Assembly (NCBI GenBank): GCA_002683775.1
Contig: NYTT01000039.1
Coordinates: 1 to 34,384, forward strand
DNA: 34,384 bases
From: Flavobacteriales bacterium
Lineage (GTDB): Bacteria > Bacteroidota > Bacteroidia > Flavobacteriales > BACL11
Direction of reading: 5' to 3'
The translations under genes and the position numbers were made by a program. This document shows, in pieces, positions 26,314-34,384 of this stretch. Positions within the stretch are counted from its first letter, which is position 1. Each line of letters begins with the position of its first letter. The notes below the pieces were generated by a model, which saw only the letters and a list, made by a program, of their open reading frames with translations, made no database searches and had not been told where the DNA came from.

Positions 26314-27393
26314 TTATTTTCCATGTTTTTTCAAATATCTAAAGTGAGATTTAATAGCATTAAGAAGACTTAATACATTATATGTGTAATTATACTTTTT
26401 AGCCTTCTCAACAATTATTGGTGTGATCTTAGGATATATAGTATGTGGTAGTGTTGGAAATAAATGATGGGCAGCATGAGAGTTAAAGCCTCCAAACAAG
26501 AAAGAAGCAATCGGATGTGTAGGATGATAATCCATAGAAACCTTTAACTGATGTTCAGCAAAGTGGTAGGGAAGTTCTCCATTATTATTAGGTGTTGGAA
26601 ATTCAGTCTCTTCTGTAAAATGAGTTGTCACTAAAGTGTAAATAAAGATATTAGATGCAACTACCATCATTAGTAAGTAGCTAAATAAAATCTGTGAAAA
26701 TGTAAATTCAAGTATGAGATATGGGATAATAATAATATATGCTACATAAAAGATTTTTAATAAAATAAGTTCAATTGTGTACCAAAACGGATAATTCTGA
26801 TTTTTCAAATTTGCAAGATTCTTTTTACTCAAGTAAACAAAATCTTTAGCAAAGATCCAAACAATAAAATATAAAGAATATAAAAAAGGTGAATAAAGAT
26901 GTTGATACTTCATGAACTTTTTCTTTTTGTGATTAGGTGAAAATCTAATTAGTGGATTATCATCAACATCTGCATCACATCCATCTACATTTGAGAATAA
27001 ATGATGTGATGCTAAATGTCGAATCTTCCATAATCTAGCGCTTGTTCCTTGCATATTAAACGTAAAAAAAAAGATAAAATCATTTAACCATTTTTTTTTG
27101 GAAAAAGTTTGATGACAGGCATCGTGGGCTGAATTAAAAGCTAGCAATACGCCACTAGTTCCAATTAAAGTATAATTAAGTAATAAGTATAAGAAATTAT
27201 CACTGTATGGATTTAAGTATAACACATAAATAGAGATAAAGAAAAATAATAAATAAAAGAACAGCTTTATCCAAAGTAAAAAAACTGCTCTATTAAGTTC
27301 TCCTTTTGACAAATTTAATTTAACCGTTGAATTTAATTCTTTGGTAAAACCATCATTATCTTTTTTAAATAAAATCTGAGTAGATTTAGTCAT
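26314..27393 (-). CDS. Membrane fatty-acid desaturase (three His-box, di-iron family)
   Basis: 359 aa with about 4 TM helices. His boxes HDACH, HLASHH and HAAHH with typical spacing. Confidence 0.85.
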   Translation of the reverse strand: MTKSTQILFKKDNDGFTKELNSTVKLNLSKGELNRAVFLLWIKLFFYLLFFFISIYVLYLNPYSDNFLYLLLNYTLIGTSGVLLAFNSAHDACHQTFSKKKWLNDFIFFFTFNMQGTSARLWKIRHLASHHLFSNVDGCDADVDDNPLIRFSPNHKKKKFMKYQHLYSPFLYSLYFIVWIFAKDFVYLSKKNLANLKNQNYPFWYTIELILLKIFYVAYIIIIPYLILEFTFSQILFSYLLMMVVASNIFIYTLVTTHFTEETEFPTPNNNGELPYHFAEHQLKVSMDYHPTHPIASFLFGGFNSHAAHHLFPTLPHTIYPKITPIIVEKAKKYNYTYNVLSLLNAIKSHFRYLKKHGK

Positions 27394-27434
27394 TTGCTAT
27401 TAACTTATTTATTATACATTGTAAAACTTATTTA

Positions 27435-27442
27435 CAAAAGTA
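27435..27442 (-). promoter_or_regulatory. Candidate Bacteroidetes sigma-A -7 box for the desaturase gene
   Basis: The minus strand reads TACTTTTG, an exact TAnnTTTG match, 42 nt upstream of the start codon. No convincing -33 element. Confidence 0.35.
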
Positions 27443-27461
27443 TATTAACACAAATGGATAA

Positions 27462-27476
27462 CTATGCTTAGCATAG
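27462..27476 (-). terminator. Weak hairpin after ftsZ
   Basis: CTATGC-TTA-GCATAG, a 6-bp stem with a 3-nt loop, 15 nt past the ftsZ stop. Only a moderately U-rich trailing sequence. Confidence 0.3.
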
Positions 27477-27490
27477 CAAGTGAATAATTA

Positions 27491-29137
27491 TTAATCTACA
27501 TTGTCATGTAAAAAAGTGTTATTCTGTTTTAACTCTGTGATATTATTTTCACCATTTGTTAGAGTAAAGGATGACACTTCGCTTTCAGAAGAGTGAGGTA
27601 TTTCACTAATATCTATATTATTACGTTTATATGCAGGAATATCTTCAAGTGAAGTTAGACCAGAAGGAGTGCGCAATTGCATTGAAATACTTCTTAATCT
27701 AGATTCTCTCTCTCTTGATTCAATTTTCAGTGCATCCGTATTTAATTTCGCGCCCTCAAATGTATTTAATGTTGACTCCTCTTTTATTTCTTCATCTAAA
27801 TCTAATACAATCTTTGATCCTGTTATATCAGGTTTTTTTTCTAAAATAATAGATTCTATTACTTCTTCAGCAGTTTCATCTAATTGCTTATTATTATCTG
27901 ATACGTCATTAAGATTAAAAATAATCTTTTCAGAAACTGAATCAGCTTCAGTTTTGTCAATTGATTTAACTTTATCTAACTTTTTTTTAGATTGAATGTT
28001 ATCAACTTCATCATTTATCTCATCATCTAAATATAGTGTCTGTTGTATGTGATTTGACACGTTTTGTGACTCAATTCCTACATCAATATTATCAGTTATA
28101 GTATTAGATTCCACAGAATTTAAGCTAATAGTAGTTGGAGTTTTTGGTTTTTTTCGTTTTTCAAAACCTGTCGCAATGACAGTAACACTTATCGACATTC
28201 CTAAATCAGTATCTATTCCTATTCCTTCAATAATATTAACATCTCTACCAGCGGCTTCTTGAATCTTATTTTTAATTTTAGATAACTCTGACATTTTTAT
28301 CTCTCCTTCACCATCACCTGTTACAATCTTCAACAATACTTGCTGAGCACCTGTAATATCATTATCATTTAATAGTGGTGAGTCTAAGGCTTCAATAACA
28401 GCTTCTATTGCCCTATTCTCTCCTTCAACTTTAGCCTGTCCCATAACTGCTGTACCACTATTCTCTAAAACTTTTCTAGCATCATTTAAATCAATGTTAA
28501 CTAATAAATGTTGAGATATAACTTCAGCTATTCCTTTTGTAGCAGTATTTAAGACCTCATTAGCTTTTGCAAATGCAGAAGTAAATGTTAAATCACCATA
28601 TACTTCAATAAGTTTTTCATTATTTATTACTAATAGTGTATCTACATAATTTTTCAATTGATCAATCCCCTCTTCAGCATATTGTCTTCTATTACCTCCT
28701 TCAGTTGAAAAAGGAATTGTAACAACTCCAACTGTTAATATACCTTTATCCTTAGCAATTTCTGCAATTACAGGAGCTGCACCAGTTCCTGTTCCTCCTC
28801 CCATTCCAGCTGTAATAAATAACATCTTAGTATTTGCATCTAAGAGCTCAGTTATTCTTTCTGCACTTTCCTCAGCAGCCCCCCTACCTACATCTGGATT
28901 TGAACCTGCCCCTAAACCTTCTGTCAAATCAATACCAAGCTGAATCTTATTTGGAACAGGACTAGCTTCTAGTGCCTGAGCATCTGTATTACATATGACA
29001 AAATCAACTCCCTTTATTCCATGTTCAAACATATAATTTACAGCATTACTACCTCCTCCTCCAATACCCATTACCTTAATTTGTGAGGATTGATTTTTTG
29101 GCATTTGGAAATCTATTCCTGATTCTGTTGAATTCAT
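27491..29137 (-). CDS. ftsZ: Cell division GTPase FtsZ
   Basis: 548 aa. Tubulin signature GGGTGTGAAP, NTDAQAL, an acidic linker of about 170 aa, the DIPAYKRN C-terminal peptide, and a tail ending FLHDNVD. Confidence 0.97.
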   Translation of the reverse strand: MNSTESGIDFQMPKNQSSQIKVMGIGGGGSNAVNYMFEHGIKGVDFVICNTDAQALEASPVPNKIQLGIDLTEGLGAGSNPDVGRGAAEESAERITELLDANTKMLFITAGMGGGTGTGAAPVIAEIAKDKGILTVGVVTIPFSTEGGNRRQYAEEGIDQLKNYVDTLLVINNEKLIEVYGDLTFTSAFAKANEVLNTATKGIAEVISQHLLVNIDLNDARKVLENSGTAVMGQAKVEGENRAIEAVIEALDSPLLNDNDITGAQQVLLKIVTGDGEGEIKMSELSKIKNKIQEAAGRDVNIIEGIGIDTDLGMSISVTVIATGFEKRKKPKTPTTISLNSVESNTITDNIDVGIESQNVSNHIQQTLYLDDEINDEVDNIQSKKKLDKVKSIDKTEADSVSEKIIFNLNDVSDNNKQLDETAEEVIESIILEKKPDITGSKIVLDLDEEIKEESTLNTFEGAKLNTDALKIESRERESRLRSISMQLRTPSGLTSLEDIPAYKRNNIDISEIPHSSESEVSSFTLTNGENNITELKQNNTFLHDNVD

Positions 29138-29172
29138 AATTATGGTTTTTAATTTATTTTTTAATTTATTTT

Positions 29173-30492
29173 TTAATTTACATTTTCATCTGTGAACCAA
29201 CCACCAATCCTATCAAGTAATGATAGCTCACTTTTATCTTCTAAATTAGAATTATCCTTAGTTGTTACTAATGATTTAAACTTTTCCGGATTCTGATCCA
29301 GATATTCAAATCCTTTTAGAACTAGTCCAACACCTGTTGAATACATAGGACTAACTACCAAATCTTTAGAATCAGATCCAAGATGTTCATTTGGATATCC
29401 AATGCGAGTTTCTTTTCCTGAAACGTAAGCAACAAGCTGCTTTAAGTTCTTTATCAAAGATCCGCCACCTGTAAGAACTATTCCTGTCATCAATTTACTT
29501 TCATAACCTGAAGCTTTAATTTCATGATATACTAAATCTATGATTTCTTTGTATCTAGCACCTATTATTTCAGATAAATTCCTAATAGCTATCTCTTTAG
29601 ATGGACGTCCTCTTAAACCTGGGATAGAAACCATCACATTCTCTTGATCATCTGTATACATAGCTGAGCCAAATTTTGTTTTAAGAAGTTCTGCTTGATT
29701 TTCTAAAATTTCCAATCCACTTTTAATATCTTTAGTAATTACATTTCCTCCAAATGGTATAACTGCTGTATGCCTAATAATATTTCCTAAAAAAATTGCT
29801 ACATCAGTTGTTCCTCCTCCTATATCAACAAGTGCAACTCCCTCACGCAACTCATCAGCATCTAGAGTTGCAAGAGCAGATGCAAACGGCTCCAAAACTA
29901 AATCAACTGGAGTTAGACCAGATTTTTCTACACACTTCATGATATTTCTAACAGCACCTACTTGAGCTGTAATTACATGAAAATTTGCCTCAAGTTTTAC
30001 GCCTGCCATTCCAATAGGATCTTCAATACCGTCTTCACCGTCAACAGTATATTCTTGCGGGATAACATGAATAACCTCTTCACCAGGTATTGTAATAAGT
30101 TTAAACATATTGGATTTTAATTTGTCGATATCTGCTTTAACAATTTCAACATCTACATTATCTCTAACAATCTGTCCTCTGTGCTGAAGGCTTTTAATAT
30201 GTTGTCCTGCTATCCCAACAAAAACATCTTTAAAATCTACTCCTGATTTTTGCTTTGCTTCAATGATAGCTGACATTATTGATGAAACTGTTTTATCAAT
30301 ATTAGAAACAATTCCTCTTGTAACTCCAATTGAGATTGCTCGACCTGATCCAAGAATTTCTAGTTTACCATACTGATTTTTTTTGCCTATCATTACAGAT
30401 ATTTTTGTTGTACCTATATCAAGTCCAACCATGTAAGATCCTTCTGGTAAATATTTCAAACTATCTTCCATTTTATTTATTTTTTTGTACAA
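29173..30492 (-). CDS. ftsA: Cell division protein FtsA (actin-like ATPase)
   Basis: 439 aa. GLDIGTTKISVMIG, DIGGGTTDVAIF and LTGGGSL motifs. An alternative start at M8 (30471) would remove the 16-nt overlap with ftsQ. Confidence 0.95.
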   Translation of the reverse strand: MYKKINKMEDSLKYLPEGSYMVGLDIGTTKISVMIGKKNQYGKLEILGSGRAISIGVTRGIVSNIDKTVSSIMSAIIEAKQKSGVDFKDVFVGIAGQHIKSLQHRGQIVRDNVDVEIVKADIDKLKSNMFKLITIPGEEVIHVIPQEYTVDGEDGIEDPIGMAGVKLEANFHVITAQVGAVRNIMKCVEKSGLTPVDLVLEPFASALATLDADELREGVALVDIGGGTTDVAIFLGNIIRHTAVIPFGGNVITKDIKSGLEILENQAELLKTKFGSAMYTDDQENVMVSIPGLRGRPSKEIAIRNLSEIIGARYKEIIDLVYHEIKASGYESKLMTGIVLTGGGSLIKNLKQLVAYVSGKETRIGYPNEHLGSDSKDLVVSPMYSTGVGLVLKGFEYLDQNPEKFKSLVTTKDNSNLEDKSELSLLDRIGGWFTDENVN

Positions 30493-31196
30493 ACAATTTG
30501 ATTATTATATTTTAAATTAATTTCCTTGTAAAATTCCCATCCCTTAGTTGGTATAACAACTTTATAAAAGTGATATAGTTTATCAAGTTTTTCGTAGATA
30601 TTTCTAAGATTACCTACTTTTATCTTCTGATTACCAACTCTAGGGATTAAAATGACATCATCATCTTCAAAATGAACTTGAGTTATTTGAGCACTCCAAA
30701 ACTCTGAAAGTTTAATAGTATTAATTAAAGAAAATATCTCCTTATGATCATTATTTGAAATATCTCCAGTAAAAACTATCAGTTGCTGAGTACAATTATC
30801 AGGTTTCAACATCTCAAGCCCATATTCATCTAAGAAATAATCATCAGTACTGCTTTTCACTCTTGCAATAGCTTTTTTTTGTTGAACTCTAATCTTAATT
30901 TCACCTTTTTGATTTGAAAAGACGTCAACATTTTTTATAGCTGGATGAGATTCAACTAACTTTTCTAATTTGTAATTACTATATGAATCAGAAATAAGCA
31001 TATCAAGCTGAATGTTATTAAACTCAAGAAAATCTAAAAGTTGAGATCTATTCACAAAATTATTATTCGATTTTATAATTTTAATTTCTTTTAATCTATT
31101 TTCTTGAACACTTTGCCTGTCGTTTGTCACAGAAGTTAATCCTATTAAAATCACAATTAGTATTAAATTGGTAAGAAATGTAATTCCTTTATTCAT
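30477..31196 (-). CDS. ftsQ: Cell division protein FtsQ (POTRA-domain, single-pass membrane)
   Basis: 239 aa. N-terminal TM helix FLTNLILIVILIGLTSV. Sits between murC and ftsA. The start overlaps the murC stop (TAATG). Confidence 0.8.
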   Translation of the reverse strand: MNKGITFLTNLILIVILIGLTSVTNDRQSVQENRLKEIKIIKSNNNFVNRSQLLDFLEFNNIQLDMLISDSYSNYKLEKLVESHPAIKNVDVFSNQKGEIKIRVQQKKAIARVKSSTDDYFLDEYGLEMLKPDNCTQQLIVFTGDISNNDHKEIFSLINTIKLSEFWSAQITQVHFEDDDVILIPRVGNQKIKVGNLRNIYEKLDKLYHFYKVVIPTKGWEFYKEINLKYNNQIVCTKK

Positions 31197-32596
31197 TAGT
31201 TCAACATATGTTTTATTGGTTGTACTAAAGTACTAACATCACCTGCGCCTAATGTTAGTAATATGTCAATTTTTTTATTTTTAAGTAATGGAATTAAAGA
31301 ATCTTTAGGACATACTTCTTTTTCATTATTTGTACATAAATTTAACAGCATATATGAGTCGATCCCTTCAATTGGATTTTCTCTTGCCGGAAAAATATCT
31401 AACAAAACTAGATCATCAGCATCTCTAAGAGAAACTGAAAACTCATTTGCAAAATCTTTTGTTCTACTAAATAAATGTGGCTGAAAAACAACCGTAATTT
31501 TTCTTGATGGATACATTTTCTTTGTAGTGTTAATTGTAGCTAAAACCTCCTCAGGATGATGAGCATAATCATCTATGTAAACTAGTTTTTTATTATCAAT
31601 ATGTATATCAAATCTTCTATACACTCCGTTAAAAGTTTTTATAGCTTTTTTGATATTACTTTTATCTACTCCTAAGTATGATGAAACAATTATTGCAGAC
31701 ATCGCGTTACTTACATTATGTTTACCTGGCATATTTAGCTCAATATTTGTAATTGAACTTTCAAAATTATTAATAAACTTATTTTTGCAAAACTTCATAT
31801 CAAAAATCATCTTACTATTATTACAGCTAATATTTTCTGAATAATAGTCACAAATAGAACTTGTAGAATAACTGGCAATATTTATCCGTTTATTTGGCTC
31901 TATTTCATGCTTAACTGAGTCTTCAATTAATAAAAACCCATTTTTCTTTATCTGAGCTATGAATTGATTGAATGCCAATAACAAATCATTTTTATCTTTA
32001 TAAACATCCAAATGATCGACATCAATAGATGTTATAATTGCAATATTAGCATGAAGATGTAGGAAAGATCTGTCAAATTCATCAGCCTCTACTATTAATA
32101 TATTACTAGATTCAGAAAATAAAAAATTTGTCTTGTAATTATGACTAATCCCACCTAGAAAAGCAGTTGGATTATTCCCCGATGCCTCTAGAATATGTGC
32201 TAACATGGTAGATGTGGTAGTTTTCCCATGTGTTCCTGCAATAGCTACAGTGTATGTATCTTTAGAGATATACCCCAAAGCCTCAGATCTTTTAATTATA
32301 TCAAAAGATCTGTCATTAAAAAATTGTAAAATTTTATTATCTGAAGCTATCGCAGGAGTATATATAATTAATGTTTCTTTAGTATCTGATTGGTATATCT
32401 CCTTAAGAATATTACTGGCATTATCATTATAGATAATATCAATCCCTTCATTTTCAAGTTGCATGCATAAATCAGATTTAGTCTTGTCATACCCATATAC
32501 AGATTTATTCTTTTTACTAAAATATCGAGCTAGAGCACTCATTCCAATACCGCCAATACCAACAAAAAAAATATTCTTATATAGATCTACGTTCAT
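31196..32596 (-). CDS. murC: UDP-N-acetylmuramate--L-alanine ligase
   Basis: 466 aa. FVGIGGIGMSALA, GTHGKTTTSTM and the Mur ligase C-terminal domain. 4-nt overlap with murG. Confidence 0.95.
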   Translation of the reverse strand: MNVDLYKNIFFVGIGGIGMSALARYFSKKNKSVYGYDKTKSDLCMQLENEGIDIIYNDNASNILKEIYQSDTKETLIIYTPAIASDNKILQFFNDRSFDIIKRSEALGYISKDTYTVAIAGTHGKTTTSTMLAHILEASGNNPTAFLGGISHNYKTNFLFSESSNILIVEADEFDRSFLHLHANIAIITSIDVDHLDVYKDKNDLLLAFNQFIAQIKKNGFLLIEDSVKHEIEPNKRINIASYSTSSICDYYSENISCNNSKMIFDMKFCKNKFINNFESSITNIELNMPGKHNVSNAMSAIIVSSYLGVDKSNIKKAIKTFNGVYRRFDIHIDNKKLVYIDDYAHHPEEVLATINTTKKMYPSRKITVVFQPHLFSRTKDFANEFSVSLRDADDLVLLDIFPARENPIEGIDSYMLLNLCTNNEKEVCPKDSLIPLLKNKKIDILLTLGAGDVSTLVQPIKHMLN

Positions 32597-33696
32597 TTGA
32601 CTAATCCTAATGCAATTTTTGCAATTTTATCAGCTGCATTTGTTACAGCAATTTTTTTAATATTTCTACTTAAAGACTCCATAAGACCCTCATTACTTAA
32701 TAAATCTTTAAGCGTACATACAAGTTTACTATTTGCATGTGAATCCTCTACAAGAAGAGCAGCATTCTTATTAACTAGTGATTGTGCATTTTTATATTGA
32801 TGATTTTCAGAAACATTTGGGGACGGTATTAATATAGCAGGCTTTCCAATACAACAAAGTTCTGAAATCGCGATAGCACCTGCTCTAGAAATTATTATAT
32901 CAGAAACTGCATAAGCATGATCCATTTTTTTTATAAAAGTATGTACACTAACTTTATCTGAATTAATACCTAATAGACATTCTTCAGATCTTATTTTAAA
33001 CGCGGTCCCTGTCTGCCAAATTAAATTTACGCCTAAGTTCATTATTAATTGTATATTATTTGCTATTGCATTATTTATAGATAATGCACCTAAGCTCCCT
33101 CCAATAACTAAAATTGTAGGCTTAGATACATCAATTTTAAACTGCTTGCTAGCTGTCACTTTTTTAGAGTAAAAACCTAATATTTCACTCCTTATTGGAT
33201 TTCCAGTATAAATAATTTTTTTTGTAGGAAAGAATCGATCCATGCCATCGTATGCAACACATATTTTCTGCACATATTTACTCAAGATCTTATTAGTTAT
33301 TCCTGGATAGGAATTTTGTTCTTGAATTAAAGTTGGAATCCCCTTTTTTGCAGCAACATATAATAAAGGTGCACTAGCATAACCACCTGTTCCAATAGCT
33401 AGATCTGGCTTAAATTCTTTTACTATATTTTTTGCTTTAATGATACTGTGAAGAACTTTAAAAGGAAATAGAATGTTTCTTTTACTAAAACTTCTTTGAA
33501 TTCCACTTATCCAAAGACCAATAATTCTATAACCTTCGGCTGGAACTTTTTGCATTTCCATTCTATCATTTGCGCCAACAAATAAGAATTCAACATCTAA
33601 TACGCTTTTTTCTATTGATTTAGCTATTGCTATAGCAGGAAATACATGCCCTCCAGTACCACCACCACTAATAATAATTTTAAGCTTCATATTCAC
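32593..33696 (-). CDS. murG: Undecaprenyldiphospho-muramoylpentapeptide beta-N-acetylglucosaminyltransferase
   Basis: 367 aa. SGGGTGGHVFPAIA, GGSLGA and RAGAIAISEL motifs. Confidence 0.95.
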   Translation of the reverse strand: MNMKLKIIISGGGTGGHVFPAIAIAKSIEKSVLDVEFLFVGANDRMEMQKVPAEGYRIIGLWISGIQRSFSKRNILFPFKVLHSIIKAKNIVKEFKPDLAIGTGGYASAPLLYVAAKKGIPTLIQEQNSYPGITNKILSKYVQKICVAYDGMDRFFPTKKIIYTGNPIRSEILGFYSKKVTASKQFKIDVSKPTILVIGGSLGALSINNAIANNIQLIMNLGVNLIWQTGTAFKIRSEECLLGINSDKVSVHTFIKKMDHAYAVSDIIISRAGAIAISELCCIGKPAILIPSPNVSENHQYKNAQSLVNKNAALLVEDSHANSKLVCTLKDLLSNEGLMESLSRNIKKIAVTNAADKIAKIALGLVK

Positions 33697-34384
33697 CTTT
33701 TATAGAAGTTCTACTAACACTTAACATTACACCTAAAGAAATAAAAGTAAAGACTAAAGATGTGCCTCCCATACTAATCAAAGGTAGAGTCTGCCCTGTA
33801 ACAGGAAATACTCCAATCGAAACAAGCATATTTACAATAGCTTGAAAAACTAAAGAAAACATCAATGAGACAACAATTAAGCTACCAAATATACTTTTAG
33901 TTGTTAACGAAATCCTAATAGATCTAAAAAGCAATATTAAGTAAGATAATAATATCACACCTCCACCTACTAAGCCATACTCTTCTATAATTATTGCATA
34001 TATAAAATCTGATTCTGAATACGGTAAAATATTTCTTTGGGTACTTTTTCCAGGACCTAGCCCAAAAAAAGAGCCATTTTGTATTGCAACTAGAGCTTGT
34101 GTTTGTTGATAATCTTTATCCATCCTTTCAGTACTATCACTAATGAAATAACTATCAATTCTACTGACCCAAGTAGCTGACCTTGGAAATATTTTCGTTC
34201 CAAAAGTTGTAAATTTTGCTGACCCATAAATTAGAATCGCCAACAAAAAAGAATAACCTAAAACTTTTGCAATCAAATTAATCTTTATCTTAGCTATAAA
34301 CATTAAAACTATTCCATTAATAAAGACTAGTGCTGCTGTAGAAAAGTTATTAGGCAAAATTAATATACAAACTAAAAGCAAAGG
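33680..34384 (-). CDS. ftsW: SEDS-family peptidoglycan glycosyltransferase FtsW (C-terminal part; the gene runs off the window)
   Basis: Polytopic membrane protein ending PVTGQTLPLISMGGTSLVFTFISLGVMLSVSR. Sits immediately upstream of murG in the dcw order. The N-terminus lies outside the window. Confidence 0.85.
   Translation of the reverse strand, partial: PLLLVCILILPNNFSTAALVFINGIVLMFIAKIKINLIAKVLGYSFLLAILIYGSAKFTTFGTKIFPRSATWVSRIDSYFISDSTERMDKDYQQTQALVAIQNGSFFGLGPGKSTQRNILPYSESDFIYAIIIEEYGLVGGGVILLSYLILLFRSIRISLTTKSIFGSLIVVSLMFSLVFQAIVNMLVSIGVFPVTGQTLPLISMGGTSLVFTFISLGVMLSVSRTSIKGEYEA

Overview
AT-rich chromosomal segment, spot counts of single 60-nt lines giving about 20-32% GC. Gene content and order are typical of Bacteroidota, class Flavobacteriia. 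It is mostly conserved core genome. From left to right: (1) a roughly 10-kb, 11-gene minus-strand Wzx/Wzy-type polysaccharide locus (275-10455). It runs Wzz-like, MurJ-like flippase, Wzy-like polymerase, two genes of unclear function, GT2, PglC-type initiating transferase, DegT-type aminotransferase, CapD/PglF-type dehydratase and a GpsA-like oxidoreductase. (2) The type IX secretion/gliding core operon porP(sprF)-gldK-gldL-gldM-gldN (10588-16263). (3) topA, translationally coupled to an arginase-fold gene (16377-19873). (4) A tightly packed plus-strand operon miaB, sigma-54 activator, lptE, TPR-like hypothetical, secG (20109-24173), followed by groES-groEL. (5) A membrane fatty-acid desaturase. 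(6) The distal end of the dcw cluster: ftsW (partial), murG, murC, ftsQ, ftsA, ftsZ. I found no rRNA, tRNA, CRISPR array, transposase, integrase or recognisable defence or toxin system. I do not see a clearly novel multi-gene system. The best leads are a sigma-54-type -24/-12 element in front of groES, an arginase-fold protein with substituted metal ligands wedged between topA and the T9SS operon, a FemAB-like gene plus an unknown gene inside the polysaccharide locus that abuts the T9SS genes, and a 20-bp perfect palindrome in the topA/miaB divergent spacer. All functional calls rest on motif recognition by eye. No database search was run.
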